The notes: generated by a model not told the origin, from the letters alone. A stretch of DNA of 64,000 nucleotides from Bacillota bacterium (GCA_029779695.1 JAKPAB010000006.1:6173-70172), one strand, 5' to 3'; shown: positions 1 through 10,672, numbered from the stretch's first letter. Translations and numbers: made by a program.

Positions 1-1
1 G

Positions 2-154
2 GGTATTGCAGCGCATGCTGTTTGTCTTCTTGACTCAATTTATGAAGCTAGTTCGTCTGTTTTCGACTCAGAGGGTTCATGCTCTTCCGGAGCAGGATGT
101 GCCGGCGGTGGATGCAGCGCCTGTCCCAAGCGGACAATAGATAAAAATATATAA
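2..154 (+). CDS. 3' end of an unidentified CDS with a Cys/Gly-rich C-terminal tail (partial, runs off the 5' edge)
   Basis: Frame 2 is open from the window edge to TAA at 152-154. Translation: ...GIAAHAVCLLDSIYEASSSVFDSEGSCSSGAGCAGGGCSACPKRTIDKNI*. I do not recognise the family. Confidence 0.35.
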   Translation, partial: GIAAHAVCLLDSIYEASSSVFDSEGSCSSGAGCAGGGCSACPKRTIDKNI

Positions 155-318
155 AATAGATAAATAAGAAAAGTAATTACATTAAATGGCTTTTTAATCT
201 AGAATTTGTTATATTTTGAAGCGGGAGATGGATTATATTAAATAGTTGATTTCATATATAAGCGTTAATAATAAAAGTTTATGACATATATATGTTTTAC
301 TTTGACAGGAGGAATATT

Positions 319-1734
319 TTGATTCAGATCTATAATACACTTACAAAAAAGAAAGAAGAATTTAAGCCCCTTGAAGATAATAAGGTGCGTATGTACGTAT
401 GTGGACCTACCGTATATAATTTTATTCATATTGGTAATGCAAGACCGATGATAGTCTTTGATACAGTTAGACGTTACTTTATGTATAGGGGATATGATGT
501 TAATTATGTATCTAATTTTACAGATGTAGATGATAAAATAATTAAAGAATCAATTGCTGAGGGAAAGACGGCTCAAGAGATATCTGAAAGATATATCAAA
601 GAGTGCATGCAGGATATGAATGGTATGAACATTCTTCCTGCTTCCAAAAATCCAAAGGCTACAGAAGAGATTGATGGAATGATCGAAATGATCCAGACAC
701 TTATTGATAAGGGATATGCTTATCCGGCTGCAGACGGAACAGTTTATTACAGAACTAATAAGTTTGAAGGATATGGCAAGCTCTCTCATAAGAATATTGA
801 TGATTTGAGATCTGGGGAACGCCAATTAAAAGTAACAGGAGAAGAACAAAAAGAAAATCCACTTGATTTTGTACTTTGGAAGCCAAAAAAAGAAGGCGAA
901 CCCGCTTGGAAATCTCCATGGTGTGAGGGACGTCCAGGATGGCATATTGAATGTTCTGTAATGAGCAAAAGATATCTTGGAGATACTATTGATATCCATG
1001 CAGGCGGCGAGGACCTTGTATTTCCTCATCATGAAAACGAAATTGCTCAGTCAGAGGCTGCTAATGGAAAAGAGTTTTCGAGATATTGGATGCATAATGC
1101 TTTCCTTAATATTAATAATAAGAAGATGAGTAAGTCACTTAATAATTTCTTTACAGTCAGAGAAATCTCTGAAAAATATGATCTTGCTGTTCTTAGATTC
1201 TTTATGTTGTCGGCACATTATAGGAATCCTCTTAATTTTAGTGCAGATCTTATGGAGTCTGCAAAAAATGGTCTTGAAAGAATAAGAAATGCTGAAGAGA
1301 GACTAAAGAAAATAATTGAAAAAGAGAATGATATCACACCTTTAGAAGAGGAAAAGACAAAAGTTAATGATATAATTAACAAAATAAAAACTCAGTTTGA
1401 AGATGCGATGGATGATGATTTTAATACAGCTGATGCACTTTCTTCATTATTTGATCTTGTGAGCTGGACCAATACAGAAGTAACGGAAGATATGCCGATT
1501 TCACTTGTCAAAGAGATCAATGATTTCTTCCTGACAATTTCTGATGTGCTTGGTCTCAAGGTCGAGAGAAAACACGAACTTTTGGATTCGGATATTGAAA
1601 ATCTAATAAATGATAGACAGGAAGCCAGAAAATCCAAAGACTTTGCCAAGGCGGATAAAATCAGAAACAAGCTTCTTGATATGGGAATTGTGCTAGAGGA
1701 TTCCAGAGATGGCGTTCACTGGAAAAGAGCATAA
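319..1734 (+). CDS. cysS: Cysteine--tRNA ligase
   Basis: HIGH motif (HIGNARP), KMSKS motif (KKMSKS) and N-terminal CGPTVY. AGGAGG at 307-312 sits 6 nt before TTG at 319, so the track start at 292 is probably an over-extension. Confidence 0.95.
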   Translation: MIQIYNTLTKKKEEFKPLEDNKVRMYVCGPTVYNFIHIGNARPMIVFDTVRRYFMYRGYDVNYVSNFTDVDDKIIKESIAEGKTAQEISERYIKECMQDMNGMNILPASKNPKATEEIDGMIEMIQTLIDKGYAYPAADGTVYYRTNKFEGYGKLSHKNIDDLRSGERQLKVTGEEQKENPLDFVLWKPKKEGEPAWKSPWCEGRPGWHIECSVMSKRYLGDTIDIHAGGEDLVFPHHENEIAQSEAANGKEFSRYWMHNAFLNINNKKMSKSLNNFFTVREISEKYDLAVLRFFMLSAHYRNPLNFSADLMESAKNGLERIRNAEERLKKIIEKENDITPLEEEKTKVNDIINKIKTQFEDAMDDDFNTADALSSLFDLVSWTNTEVTEDMPISLVKEINDFFLTISDVLGLKVERKHELLDSDIENLINDRQEARKSKDFAKADKIRNKLLDMGIVLEDSRDGVHWKRA

Positions 1735-1831
1735 ATGTAGGGGCTGATGTAAATACATACACAAATTTAATATATGTTAACCGTATATTTATATCAGCAT
1801 GATTAATAAAACATAGATAGAGGTTCATTAA

Positions 1832-2275
1832 TTGCAGGAAAAAGATCTGTACTCAGAAATTACATCTCAATTTAATATTGAGAAAAAGGATATAAGAACA
1901 TATTCTTCCCTTGCTCTTGCATTTCTAGGAGATGGCGTATTTGAAATTGTTGTTAGAACGCTCGTCATGGCGAAGGGAAATCGAGCTCCGCAGAAATTAC
2001 ATCTGGATTCTGCTAATATTGTTAAGGCAAAGTCTCAGGCAATAATAGCTGATGGACTTATGGATAGGCTAACAGACGAGGAAAAGGATATATATAGACA
2101 GGGGAAAAATGCTAATTCCCATACCAGAGCAAAGAATGCGTCGCTATCTGATTATAGAAAAGCAACCGGATTTGAGACTTTGCTTGGCTATCTTTATATA
2201 GATGGTAAGACTGAGAGAATCATTGATATAGTTAAATGTGGAATTAATATACTTGAAATTGAAAATAACAAGTAA
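1832..2275 (+). CDS. mrnC: Mini-ribonuclease 3 (Mini-III)
   Basis: RNase III-like signature LAFLGDGVFEIVVR in a ~145-aa protein. Sits in the conserved cysS-mrnC-rlmB-sigH order known from Bacillus. TTG start. Confidence 0.85.
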   Translation: MQEKDLYSEITSQFNIEKKDIRTYSSLALAFLGDGVFEIVVRTLVMAKGNRAPQKLHLDSANIVKAKSQAIIADGLMDRLTDEEKDIYRQGKNANSHTRAKNASLSDYRKATGFETLLGYLYIDGKTERIIDIVKCGINILEIENNK

Positions 2276-2319
2276 CATGTAATAGGAAGGAAGCTCCGAT
2301 CGAATCGGACAAACTAAAT

Positions 2320-3075
2320 ATGAGAGATAGTGATTCAGTAATTGAAGGAAAAAATGCTGTTCTGGAGGCTTTTCGTGCAGGAAAGACAATAGATAGACTT
2401 TTTATACTTGATGGTATTAAGGATAGTACGATTTCTTCTATTCTTAGAGAAGCTAAAAAAAATAATACAGTTTTGGATTTTGTACAGAAATCCAGACTGG
2501 ATGAGATGTGCCCAGGAGACAGACACCAGGGTGTAGTTGCTTATATAGCTGCATATGAATATGCAACAGTTGATGAAATATTACAAAGTGCAGCTGAAAA
2601 GAATGAAGATCCTTTTATTATTCTTCTTGATGATGTAGAAGATCCTCATAATTTGGGAGCAATAATAAGATCAGCAAATTGTGCTGGGGCTCATGGGATC
2701 ATTATTCCAAAACGACACAGTTCAGGTCTGACTTCAACTGTTTCCAAGGCTTCAGCAGGTGCAATAAACTACACACCTGTTGCAAAAGTTACAAATTTGG
2801 TAAAAACAATGGAAGAACTTAAGAAAAAAGGAATATGGTTTGCGTGTGCAGATATGGATGGAACACCTATGTATGACCTTAACCTTACCGGATCAATAGG
2901 AATTGTGATTGGAAATGAAGGAAAAGGAGTAGGACAGTTAGTGCGAAAAACTTGCGATATGGTGGCATCTATTCCTATTAATGGTGAGATTGAATCCCTA
3001 AATGCTTCGGTTGCTTCTGGAATATTGTCATATGAAGTGGTTAGACAGAGAATAAATAAATCCAAAGTTAAATAG
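2320..3075 (+). CDS. rlmB: 23S rRNA (guanosine-2'-O-)-methyltransferase, SpoU/TrmH family (RlmB/YacO type)
   Basis: N-terminal substrate-binding region followed by a SpoU methylase domain (DPHNLGAIIRSA, IGNEGKG, SLNASVA). Synteny supports the call. Confidence 0.85.
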   Translation: MRDSDSVIEGKNAVLEAFRAGKTIDRLFILDGIKDSTISSILREAKKNNTVLDFVQKSRLDEMCPGDRHQGVVAYIAAYEYATVDEILQSAAEKNEDPFIILLDDVEDPHNLGAIIRSANCAGAHGIIIPKRHSSGLTSTVSKASAGAINYTPVAKVTNLVKTMEELKKKGIWFACADMDGTPMYDLNLTGSIGIVIGNEGKGVGQLVRKTCDMVASIPINGEIESLNASVASGILSYEVVRQRINKSKVK

Positions 3076-3104
3076 CAATATATACGTGAAAGTGATATTT
3101 TATT

Positions 3105-3722
3105 TTGAAGTTAAAACGCGAAATAATTAATTTATCAGATATTTCAATGGCCTCAGATGAGAGGCTTGTTTCCATGTCAAACAATGGAATTAAAGATGCT
3201 ACTGATGCATTGCTCAGTAGATATAAGAAGCTTGTGCAGAGATGTGCAGGCTCTTTTTTTCTAATAGGTGGGGAAAAGGAGGATCTTGAGCAAGAAGGCA
3301 TGATCGGTGTCCTTGGTGCTATAAGAACATACGAAAAAAATAAAAATGATAGATTTTATCCTTTTGCAAAATTATGTATAAATCGTCAAATGCTTCATGC
3401 TGTAGAAGCAGCATCGAGAAAGAAGAATCAGCCGCTCAATACTTATATATCGATTGATAATAATGACAACCCGTTTTCAGAAGAATATTTAGTAGATGAG
3501 CTTCTTGATCCTGAACGGCTTCTAATGGATATCGAGAATGAAAAGCTTTTGAGAAACATGATTCTGAAACTATTAAGCCCTTATGAAAGAGAAGTACTTA
3601 CACTTAACCTTCAAGGCTATGATTACATCAAAATAGCGGAAATATTAAATAAGGATTCAAAATCTGTTGATAATGCTTTACAAAGGATAAGATCTAAAGT
3701 AAAGGCCCTTAGAAAGAAGTAA
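3105..3722 (+). CDS. sigH: RNA polymerase sigma-H factor
   Basis: Aligns by eye along its length with B. subtilis SigH (FLIGGEKEDLEQEGMIG..., ...SKSVDNALQRIRSKV). Position after rlmB matches. TTG start. Confidence 0.85.
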   Translation: MKLKREIINLSDISMASDERLVSMSNNGIKDATDALLSRYKKLVQRCAGSFFLIGGEKEDLEQEGMIGVLGAIRTYEKNKNDRFYPFAKLCINRQMLHAVEAASRKKNQPLNTYISIDNNDNPFSEEYLVDELLDPERLLMDIENEKLLRNMILKLLSPYEREVLTLNLQGYDYIKIAEILNKDSKSVDNALQRIRSKVKALRKK

Positions 3723-3838
3723 ATAACTATATTGGATACGCATTAAATCAAGTAAATTTAATAACTTTTTATAATGTAAAATGTATATTTAATATAAATT
3801 TTATATTTTTGTATTTGATTTACTGAAAGGAGCTAGAT

Positions 3839-4651
3839 ATGCTTTACGACACTCATATTCATTCAAATTTTTCAGGAGATAGCGAGACACCACCAGAAAA
3901 GCAAATAGAAAGAGCAAGAGAAATTGGACTCTCAGGTGTTATATTTACGGATCATATGGATATCGATACTCCTATAACTGATGTAGACTTTAATCTGGAT
4001 GTGGATAAATACATACCTTATATGAAGAAAATGGCAGATAATTATAATTCTGATTCTTTTACAGTAGGAACTGGAATTGAATTAGGACTTATGCCGCATC
4101 TATCAAAAACAAATTCAGAGCTGATAAACAAATATCCATTTGATTATGTGATTGGATCTATTCATATTTGTCATGGTAAGGATCCGTATAATAAAAAATA
4201 TTTTCAGGGAAGACCAATAAGAGAGTCATATCTGGAATATTTTGGATGCGTGTTGGATAACCTTCACTCTTTTGATGGATTTGACAGCTTAGGACATTTA
4301 GATTATGTGGTAAGGTACGGAGTGAGAGATTATGGCGAAAATGGTCAGTATTCATATTATGACTATGCTGAAATTATAGATGAGATTTTGAATTTGATAA
4401 TAAAAAAAGATATAGCACTGGAGATTAATACTGGTTCATATAGATGTGGAATGTTAGAACCAAACCCAAATAAAGTAATCATAAAGAGATATAAAGAACT
4501 GGGCGGCAGACTATTGACTATCGGAGCGGATGCCCATGTGCCACAGCATGTTGGTCTTCGTTTTGAGGATATTCCAGGTATCTTAAAAGAATGTGGATTT
4601 GATTCATATTATATTTTTAAGAACAGAAAACCGATTGAAATAAAATTTTGA
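3839..4651 (+). CDS. PHP-family histidinol-phosphatase (HisJ/HisK type)
   Basis: PHP metal-ligand motifs in order: DTHIHSNFSGDS, TDHMD, GSIH, GHLDY, GADAH. Confidence 0.7.
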   Translation: MLYDTHIHSNFSGDSETPPEKQIERAREIGLSGVIFTDHMDIDTPITDVDFNLDVDKYIPYMKKMADNYNSDSFTVGTGIELGLMPHLSKTNSELINKYPFDYVIGSIHICHGKDPYNKKYFQGRPIRESYLEYFGCVLDNLHSFDGFDSLGHLDYVVRYGVRDYGENGQYSYYDYAEIIDEILNLIIKKDIALEINTGSYRCGMLEPNPNKVIIKRYKELGGRLLTIGADAHVPQHVGLRFEDIPGILKECGFDSYYIFKNRKPIEIKF

Positions 4652-4694
4652 AATTATTATTATATTTATTTTTGTGAAATTTTTGCTAATCTAC

Positions 4695-4723
4695 TTGAAT
4701 TTCAAGTCGGAATTATGTAGAAT
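4695..4723 (+). promoter_or_regulatory. Putative sigma-A promoter of gap (TTGAAT-17 nt-TAGAAT); its -35 lies inside a 15-nt palindrome
   Basis: TTGAAT at 4695-4700, a 17-nt spacer, TAGAAT at 4718-4723. Palindrome ACTTGAA-T-TTCAAGT at 4693-4707. Confidence 0.4.
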
Positions 4724-4785
4724 TTTTAACGGACTGAGAAACAACTCAGAAATTTGTTTAATAATATTTTTAGGAGGAATTAATT

Positions 4786-5805
4786 ATGGCAGTTAGAGTC
4801 GCAATTAATGGATTTGGACGTATCGGTCGTCTGGCATTCCGTCAGATGTTCCAGGCAGAAGGATTTGAAATCGTTGCTATCAACGATCTTACAAGCCCTG
4901 AAATGCTGGCTTATCTTTTAAAGTATGATTCTTCACAGGGAAGATACGCAAAGGGAGATAAGGTTTCAAATACTGATCATTCTATCATCGTTGATGGAAA
5001 TGAGATCGAAATCTACAAAGAAGCTGACGCTCATAACCTTCCTTGGAAAAAACTTGATATCGATGTAGTACTTGAGTGCACCGGATTCTATACATCTAAG
5101 GACAAGGCTCAGGCTCATATTGATGCTGGGGCTAAGAAGGTTGTTATTTCTGCACCTGCAGGAAATGATCTTCCTACAATCGTATATAACACAAACCATG
5201 AGATCCTTACAGCAAATGACAACATCATTTCAGCTGCATCTTGTACAACAAACTGCCTTGCTCCTATGGCTAAGGCTCTTAATGATCTCGCACCTATCCA
5301 GTCTGGTATCATGGTAACAATCCATGCTTATACAGGCGATCAGATGATCCTTGATGGACCTCAGAGAAAGGGTGATTTCCGTCGTAGCCGTGCTGGCGCT
5401 GAGAACATCGTTCCCAACTCAACAGGTGCTGCTAAGGCAATCGGCCTTGTTGTTCCTGAGCTTAAGGGTAAGCTTATCGGAGCAGCTCAGCGTGTTCCTG
5501 TTCCTACAGGTTCTACAACAATTCTTACAGCAGTTGTTAAGGGTCATGTAACTGTTGATGAGATCAATGCTAAGATGAAGGCTTCTGCCAATGAGTCTTT
5601 TGGATACAATGAAGATCTTATCGTTTCCAAAGATATCGTTGGAATGACATACGGTTCACTGTTTGATTCTACTCAGACAATGGTAGTTCCTATGGAAGAT
5701 GGTAATACTGAGGTTCAGGTTATTTCTTGGTATGACAATGAGAACTCATTCACATCAAATATGTGCAGAACCATCAAGTATTTTGCTAAATTTCTTAACA
5801 AATAA
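4786..5805 (+). CDS. gap: Glyceraldehyde-3-phosphate dehydrogenase, type I
   Basis: NGFGRIGR Rossmann start, active site [14 protein letters not shown] near the C-terminus. Strong RBS (AGGAGG). Confidence 0.95.
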   Translation: MAVRVAINGFGRIGRLAFRQMFQAEGFEIVAINDLTSPEMLAYLLKYDSSQGRYAKGDKVSNTDHSIIVDGNEIEIYKEADAHNLPWKKLDIDVVLECTGFYTSKDKAQAHIDAGAKKVVISAPAGNDLPTIVYNTNHEILTANDNIISAASCTTNCLAPMAKALNDLAPIQSGIMVTIHAYTGDQMILDGPQRKGDFRRSRAGAENIVPNSTGAAKAIGLVVPELKGKLIGAAQRVPVPTGSTTILTAVVKGHVTVDEINAKMKASANESFGYNEDLIVSKDIVGMTYGSLFDSTQTMVVPMEDGNTEVQVISWYDNENSFTSNMCRTIKYFAKFLNK

Positions 5806-5824
5806 TTGATAAAATGAGATTTTT

Positions 5825-5856
5825 AGAGACCGGTCGGTTATTGACCGGTCTCTTTT
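5825..5856 (+). terminator. Rho-independent terminator after gap
   Basis: AGAGACCGGTC (5825-5835) pairs with GACCGGTCTCT (5843-5853), an 11-bp perfect stem followed by a T-run. Confidence 0.7.
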
Positions 5857-5954
5857 ACATTTTATCTGCTTTTAAGGTTGAGAAAAAATAGCATAACTGA
5901 TATAATTTTACGGCAATATGAGTTATTTGATTAATAAAATAAAGGAGAAATACT

Positions 5955-7166
5955 ATGTCACTTCTTAACAAAAAGTCCGTTGATGACATCAACGTAAGAG
6001 GCAAAAGAGTTTTATGCCGTTGCGATTTTAATGTACCCCTTATAGACGGCAGAATTACCGACGAGAACAGACTTGTTGCTGCCATCCCCACAATAAAAAA
6101 ACTTATTAATGATGGTGGAAGAGTAATTCTTTGCTCACATATGGGCAAGCCTAAGGGTCAGGTAGTTCCTTCACTTTCACTTGCACCTGTTGCTAAGCGT
6201 TTGTCAGAACTTCTTGACATTGAAGTTAAGTTTGTTCCTGAGGATACTGTAGTAGGTGATAAGGTTAGAGCTGCAGTTTCTGAAATGAAAGATGGAGATG
6301 TAATTCTTCTTGAAAATACAAGATTCAGACCAGAGGAGACCAAGAACGAAGAGGCTTTCTCAAAGGATCTTGCATCTATCTGTGATATATTTGTTAATGA
6401 TGCATTCGGAACAGCACACAGAGCTCATTGCTCAAATGTTGGAGTTGCTTCACTTGTAGATACCGCTGTTGTTGGATATCTTATGCAGAAGGAGATAGAC
6501 TTCCTTGGTAATGCAGTCAACAGCCCTGTTCGTCCTTTTGTATCGATTCTTGGTGGTGCTAAGGTCGCTGATAAGCTTAATGTTATTAATACTCTTCTTG
6601 ATAAGTGTGATACTCTTATCATCGGAGGAGGAATGGCATATACATTTATCAAGGGCCAGGGTTATGAAATCGGCAAGTCTCTTGTAGATGATACTAAAAT
6701 TGATTATTGCATGGAGATGATGGAAAAGGCAGAAAAGCTTGGTAAGAAGATTCTTCTTCCTATCGATGCAGTAGTTGCTGATGATTTCCCAAATCCTATT
6801 GACAAGCCTATTGAAACGCAGATCTGTGATATAACAGCAATCCCAGCTGATAAGGAAGCACTTGACATAGGACCTAAGACGAGAGAACTCTATGCAGATG
6901 CTGTTAGAAATGCAAAGACTGTTGTTTGGAACGGACCAATGGGAGTTTCAGAGAATCCTTCACTTGCTGAAGGAACAATAGCAGTTGCAAAAGCTATGGC
7001 TGATTCAGATGCTACAACAATAATTGGTGGTGGCGATTCTGCAGCAGCAGTTAATAACCTTGGATTTGGTGACAAGATGTCACACATCTCCACAGGTGGT
7101 GGCGCTTCTCTTGAATTTCTTGAGGGAAAAGATCTTCCTGGAGTTGTTGCAGCTAACGATAAATAA
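5955..7166 (+). CDS. pgk: Phosphoglycerate kinase
   Basis: RVDFNVP-type N-terminus (RCDFNVP), plus GGGMAYTF and GGGDSAAAV motifs. Confidence 0.95.
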   Translation: MSLLNKKSVDDINVRGKRVLCRCDFNVPLIDGRITDENRLVAAIPTIKKLINDGGRVILCSHMGKPKGQVVPSLSLAPVAKRLSELLDIEVKFVPEDTVVGDKVRAAVSEMKDGDVILLENTRFRPEETKNEEAFSKDLASICDIFVNDAFGTAHRAHCSNVGVASLVDTAVVGYLMQKEIDFLGNAVNSPVRPFVSILGGAKVADKLNVINTLLDKCDTLIIGGGMAYTFIKGQGYEIGKSLVDDTKIDYCMEMMEKAEKLGKKILLPIDAVVADDFPNPIDKPIETQICDITAIPADKEALDIGPKTRELYADAVRNAKTVVWNGPMGVSENPSLAEGTIAVAKAMADSDATTIIGGGDSAAAVNNLGFGDKMSHISTGGGASLEFLEGKDLPGVVAANDK

Positions 7167-7180
7167 GCTAAAAATAATAA

Positions 7181-7209
7181 ATTCAGAGACCGGAATATGG
7201 TCTCTGAAT
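7181..7209 (+). terminator. Stem-loop after pgk (terminator-like, weak T-tract)
   Basis: ATTCAGAGACC (7181-7191) pairs with GGTCTCTGAAT (7199-7209), 11-bp perfect, followed by TTAATATT. Confidence 0.5.
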
Positions 7210-7263
7210 TTAATATTAAAATACATTTAATTTAATAGAAGCATAGAAGAAAGAAGGCATGTT

Positions 7264-8010
7264 ATGTCAAGACGTAAGATTATTGCTGGAAACTGGAAGA
7301 TGAACAAGACTCCCAGTGAGGCAGTAGCTCTTGTTAATGAGCTTAAACCTCTTGTTAAGAACGATGATGTGGATGTAGTTTTCTGTGTACCTGCTATTGA
7401 TATCGTTCCTGTTGTAGAAGCTTGTAAGGGTACAAATATCCATGTTGGTGCTGAAAATCTTTATTTTGAAGAGAATGGTGCATATACTGGAGAGATTTCA
7501 CCTGATATGCTTACTGATGCTGGAGTTGAGTATGTTGTAATTGGTCATTCTGAGAGAAGAGAATATTTTGCTGAGACCGATGAAACAGTTAACAAGAAGG
7601 TTAAAAAAGCTCATGAACATGGACTTACACCTATTGTATGCTGTGGAGAGACGCTGATACAGAGAAAACAGGGAATCTATATTGACTGGATCCGCATGCA
7701 GATAAAAATTGCATTTCAGGATGTTACAGCCGATCAGGCAGCAAAATCCGTAATTGCCTATGAGCCTATATGGGCCATCGGAACCGGAGAAACAGCTACA
7801 AGCGATCAGGCTGAAGAAGTATGCAAGGCTATCAGAGATTGCATCGCTGAGATCTATGATACGGATACAGCTGGAAAGATCAGAATTCAGTATGGTGGTT
7901 CGGTAAAGGGATCCAATGCTGCTGAAATATTTGGCAAGCCTGATATTGATGGAGGCCTCGTAGGAGGTGCTTCTCTTAAAGCGGATTTTGGTGGAATTGT
8001 TAATTACTAA
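7264..8010 (+). CDS. tpiA: Triosephosphate isomerase
   Basis: NWKMN, GHSERR and [11 protein letters not shown] signatures. Confidence 0.95.
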   Translation: MSRRKIIAGNWKMNKTPSEAVALVNELKPLVKNDDVDVVFCVPAIDIVPVVEACKGTNIHVGAENLYFEENGAYTGEISPDMLTDAGVEYVVIGHSERREYFAETDETVNKKVKKAHEHGLTPIVCCGETLIQRKQGIYIDWIRMQIKIAFQDVTADQAAKSVIAYEPIWAIGTGETATSDQAEEVCKAIRDCIAEIYDTDTAGKIRIQYGGSVKGSNAAEIFGKPDIDGGLVGGASLKADFGGIVNY

Positions 8011-8019
8011 TTTTATTAT

Positions 8020-8057
8020 TTGTGGGTGTCATTTTATTGACACCCACAATAGTTTTT
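8020..8057 (+). terminator. Rho-independent terminator after tpiA
   Basis: TTGTGGGTGTCA (8020-8031) pairs with TGACACCCACAA (8038-8049), a 12-bp perfect stem, then TAGTTTTT. Confidence 0.65.
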
Positions 8058-8071
8058 GAGAAACAGAATAT

Positions 8072-9196
8072 ATGAAGAAATTATATCCAGTATTATTGCT
8101 TGCACTTATAGTTGTATTTACAGGTTGTGGGCAAAATGGAAAAACAGAAAAAAATAATACAGAAAATCCAAAAGAAACTTCCGATAAAAATATAAAATAC
8201 GAAGAACTGGATGCTTCAGCTCTGGAAGTTTATTCTTATGATGGTGATGGTAAGGCAGCATATGAACTTGCTACCCGTTATGATCATGGGACTAACGTTG
8301 ATCAGAATTATTCTGAAGCATTAAAATGGTATACTAAGGCCTCCGAACTTGGCATTAAAAAGAGCAATATCGGCTTAGGCTATCTATACTTGTTTGGACT
8401 TGGCACTGATAAGGACGTAACAAAGGCTCAATCGTGCTTTCAATCAGCAATTGATGAAGGCGAGCCAGAAGGATATGTTGGAATGGGAAGAGTATATCTA
8501 TATAACCCTGAACTACCTGATTCTTCGGTAAACTGTTACTATAATTTCAGAACTGCTGCAGACGCAGACATTCCTCTTGGAACATATTTCCTTGGACTTA
8601 TGTATGAAAAGGGAATAGGTGTTCAAGCGAATGATAAACTTGCTATTGAAAAATACGAATCTTTGACAAAAGAAAAATCGTCTAGTACTTCTGAAAGTGA
8701 TCTATACCCATATCAGAATGCTGAAATCAGACTTGGCTTAATGTATTCAAACGGAAAAGGCGTAACTCAGGACAGAGAAAAAGCACTTTCTCTATTTGAA
8801 AAGGCTGCTGAAAGTGGCTCAGCTGAGGGAAAATATTATGCCGGTATTTCATATTTGAACGGATATGGAGCAAGTAAAGATTACAAGAAGGCTATGGATT
8901 ATTTTAATGGTGCCGAAAAATATGCTCCTGCGCTTAATCAGCTCGGGTATATGTATTTCAATGGATTAGGAACTGACAGTGATATTGATCAGGCTGAGTA
9001 TTATCTCAAGCTTGCAGCACTTCAAGGCTATGCACCTTCTCAGATTAATCTTGGATATATATATGAAAATGGCTATGCGGAAAAAGTTAATCTTCAGCTT
9101 GCAAAGAGCTATTATGATATGGCGGCCCAAAGCGGGTATCAAGGAGCTGAGGAAGCCGCTACCGGAGTGGAACAGCTGATAAATGATCAGAATTAA
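8072..9196 (+). CDS. Sel1-like-repeat (SLR/TPR) lipoprotein
   Basis: Signal peptide ending in lipobox VFTGC. Multiple ~36-aa Sel1 repeats (e.g. ...NYSEALKWYTKASELG..., ...REKALSLFEKAAESG..., ...YKKAMDYF...). Confidence 0.75.
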   Translation: MKKLYPVLLLALIVVFTGCGQNGKTEKNNTENPKETSDKNIKYEELDASALEVYSYDGDGKAAYELATRYDHGTNVDQNYSEALKWYTKASELGIKKSNIGLGYLYLFGLGTDKDVTKAQSCFQSAIDEGEPEGYVGMGRVYLYNPELPDSSVNCYYNFRTAADADIPLGTYFLGLMYEKGIGVQANDKLAIEKYESLTKEKSSSTSESDLYPYQNAEIRLGLMYSNGKGVTQDREKALSLFEKAAESGSAEGKYYAGISYLNGYGASKDYKKAMDYFNGAEKYAPALNQLGYMYFNGLGTDSDIDQAEYYLKLAALQGYAPSQINLGYIYENGYAEKVNLQLAKSYYDMAAQSGYQGAEEAATGVEQLINDQN

Positions 9197-10604
9197 TCGT
9201 AGATTGATTTTCCCACAGGCTGTCCTGTGTTTAATTTTGGCTCTTACCTTTACTGGATGTGGTGTTAAACAGGCGCAAGGGACAAATGCAAAAAAGAAAA
9301 TTTTAACCTCCGAACTTAACAACAGTTCTAATGATGTTAAGAACGGAGATACTTTGGATGATTATCAGAAGATGATGGATAAGATACTGGATTCTGGAAC
9401 TTCTGTTTTTTTCGGATGCCATCCTATAGATGAAAATTTTCTTTCTTTTATTGCTTCATGGTATGGTATTAATGTTTTAAGAGACATTGTATCTAATAAT
9501 AATTATTCTGATCCTGAAATATGGTTTACGAGAACAGGCAAGAGTATCCATGTTCTTTGGGATGAATACACTGGTTCTAGTAATTTGTACAAGGTTGATA
9601 CAAATAGGACAAAGGAAATACAGCCAGCCTCAACAGATGAAACAGTATTAGATTTTACTGGCGATTTTGGTATGGCTGAGGGAATGGCAACAACGGTTTA
9701 TCTAGATCAGATAGGTGATGATCTCAGAGGCTGTTTTTCAAAAGAACTTCTGAAGGAAACTGAAGGAGCAGATTTATTTGAAATAAATAATGAGTTTTGC
9801 TACTCTAATGGTGGGTCTCCACTTCAGGGTAAGGATTATACGTTTAGGGCGAATCCAGATAAGGCAAAGCTACTTTCCGAAATAGGTGTAGATTTTGTAA
9901 ATCTCGCCAATAATCATGTCTATGATTATGGTCCACAGGCACTGCTTGATACTTTAGATACACTAGATGCGGATAAAATATCATATCTTGGTGCAGGCCG
10001 TAATTTAGATGAGGCTTCAAAACCTCTTTACTACATTGCAAATGGCAGAAAAATTGCTATTGTTTCTGCAACACAAATCGAAAGATCTCTTGATTATACA
10101 AAAGAAGCTACAGATGATTCACCTGGAGTTCTAAAAACCCTTGACCCGGAAAAATATATTAAAGTTATAAAAGAAGCATCCAAGAAGGCGGATGTCGTTA
10201 TTGCCATCGTTCACTGGGGAACCGAGCAGAGTTCTACATATGGTAATGATCAGGTCAAGCTTGCAGAGGCTTTTTCAGAAGCAGGAGCTGATGCAATAAT
10301 TGGATGCCATTCACATTGTTTGCAAGGTATTGAAAATATGAATGGGACTCCGGTATTTTTTAGTTTAGGTAATTACTGGTTTGCAACCAGTGGAAGCATG
10401 CCGAGTGATTACGCATCGGGCATTGCCCAGATCCGTATACAAAAAGACGGAAAGGTGAAGGCCAGATTCCTTCCCTGTGTTTTTAAAAATGGAATTACAT
10501 CATTAATTACTGATGCAGGAGAAAAATCAGATAAAATTTCATACGTTCAGGGACTTTCCAAAAGCGTGAATATTTCCGAAGATGGAGAGATCAGCCCTAA
10601 GTAG
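9183..10604 (+). CDS. CapA/PGA_cap-family metallophosphatase-like lipoprotein
   Basis: Basic n-region plus lipobox LTFTGC. Metallophosphatase/CapA motifs DFVNLANNHVYDYG, VHWGTE and GCHSHCLQG. Overlaps the upstream gene by 14 nt. Confidence 0.75.
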   Translation: MIRINRRLIFPQAVLCLILALTFTGCGVKQAQGTNAKKKILTSELNNSSNDVKNGDTLDDYQKMMDKILDSGTSVFFGCHPIDENFLSFIASWYGINVLRDIVSNNNYSDPEIWFTRTGKSIHVLWDEYTGSSNLYKVDTNRTKEIQPASTDETVLDFTGDFGMAEGMATTVYLDQIGDDLRGCFSKELLKETEGADLFEINNEFCYSNGGSPLQGKDYTFRANPDKAKLLSEIGVDFVNLANNHVYDYGPQALLDTLDTLDADKISYLGAGRNLDEASKPLYYIANGRKIAIVSATQIERSLDYTKEATDDSPGVLKTLDPEKYIKVIKEASKKADVVIAIVHWGTEQSSTYGNDQVKLAEAFSEAGADAIIGCHSHCLQGIENMNGTPVFFSLGNYWFATSGSMPSDYASGIAQIRIQKDGKVKARFLPCVFKNGITSLITDAGEKSDKISYVQGLSKSVNISEDGEISPK

Positions 10605-10672
10605 TTGGATATATACGGGTCTAAAAAGATCCTTATATTATATAATCATTAAAAGTTTTTAGAAAGGAACGA

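Noticed and set aside
155-318. Possible T-box leader upstream of cysS
   Set aside because: The spacer is only ~165 nt and very AT-rich. I could not find the conserved T-box sequence (AANNNGGGTGGTACCGCG-like), a specifier-loop architecture or a terminator/antiterminator pair.
4672-4689. Rex-like operator (TTGTGAA-N4-TTGCTAA) upstream of gap
   Set aside because: Only the left half-site matches the TTGTGAA...TTCACAA consensus. The right half has 3 mismatches out of 7.
5825-7209. Shared AGAGACCGG core in the gap and pgk hairpins as a possible REP-like dispersed repeat
   Set aside because: There are only two copies in 64 kb and the flanks differ. This is most simply coincidence between two GC-rich terminators.
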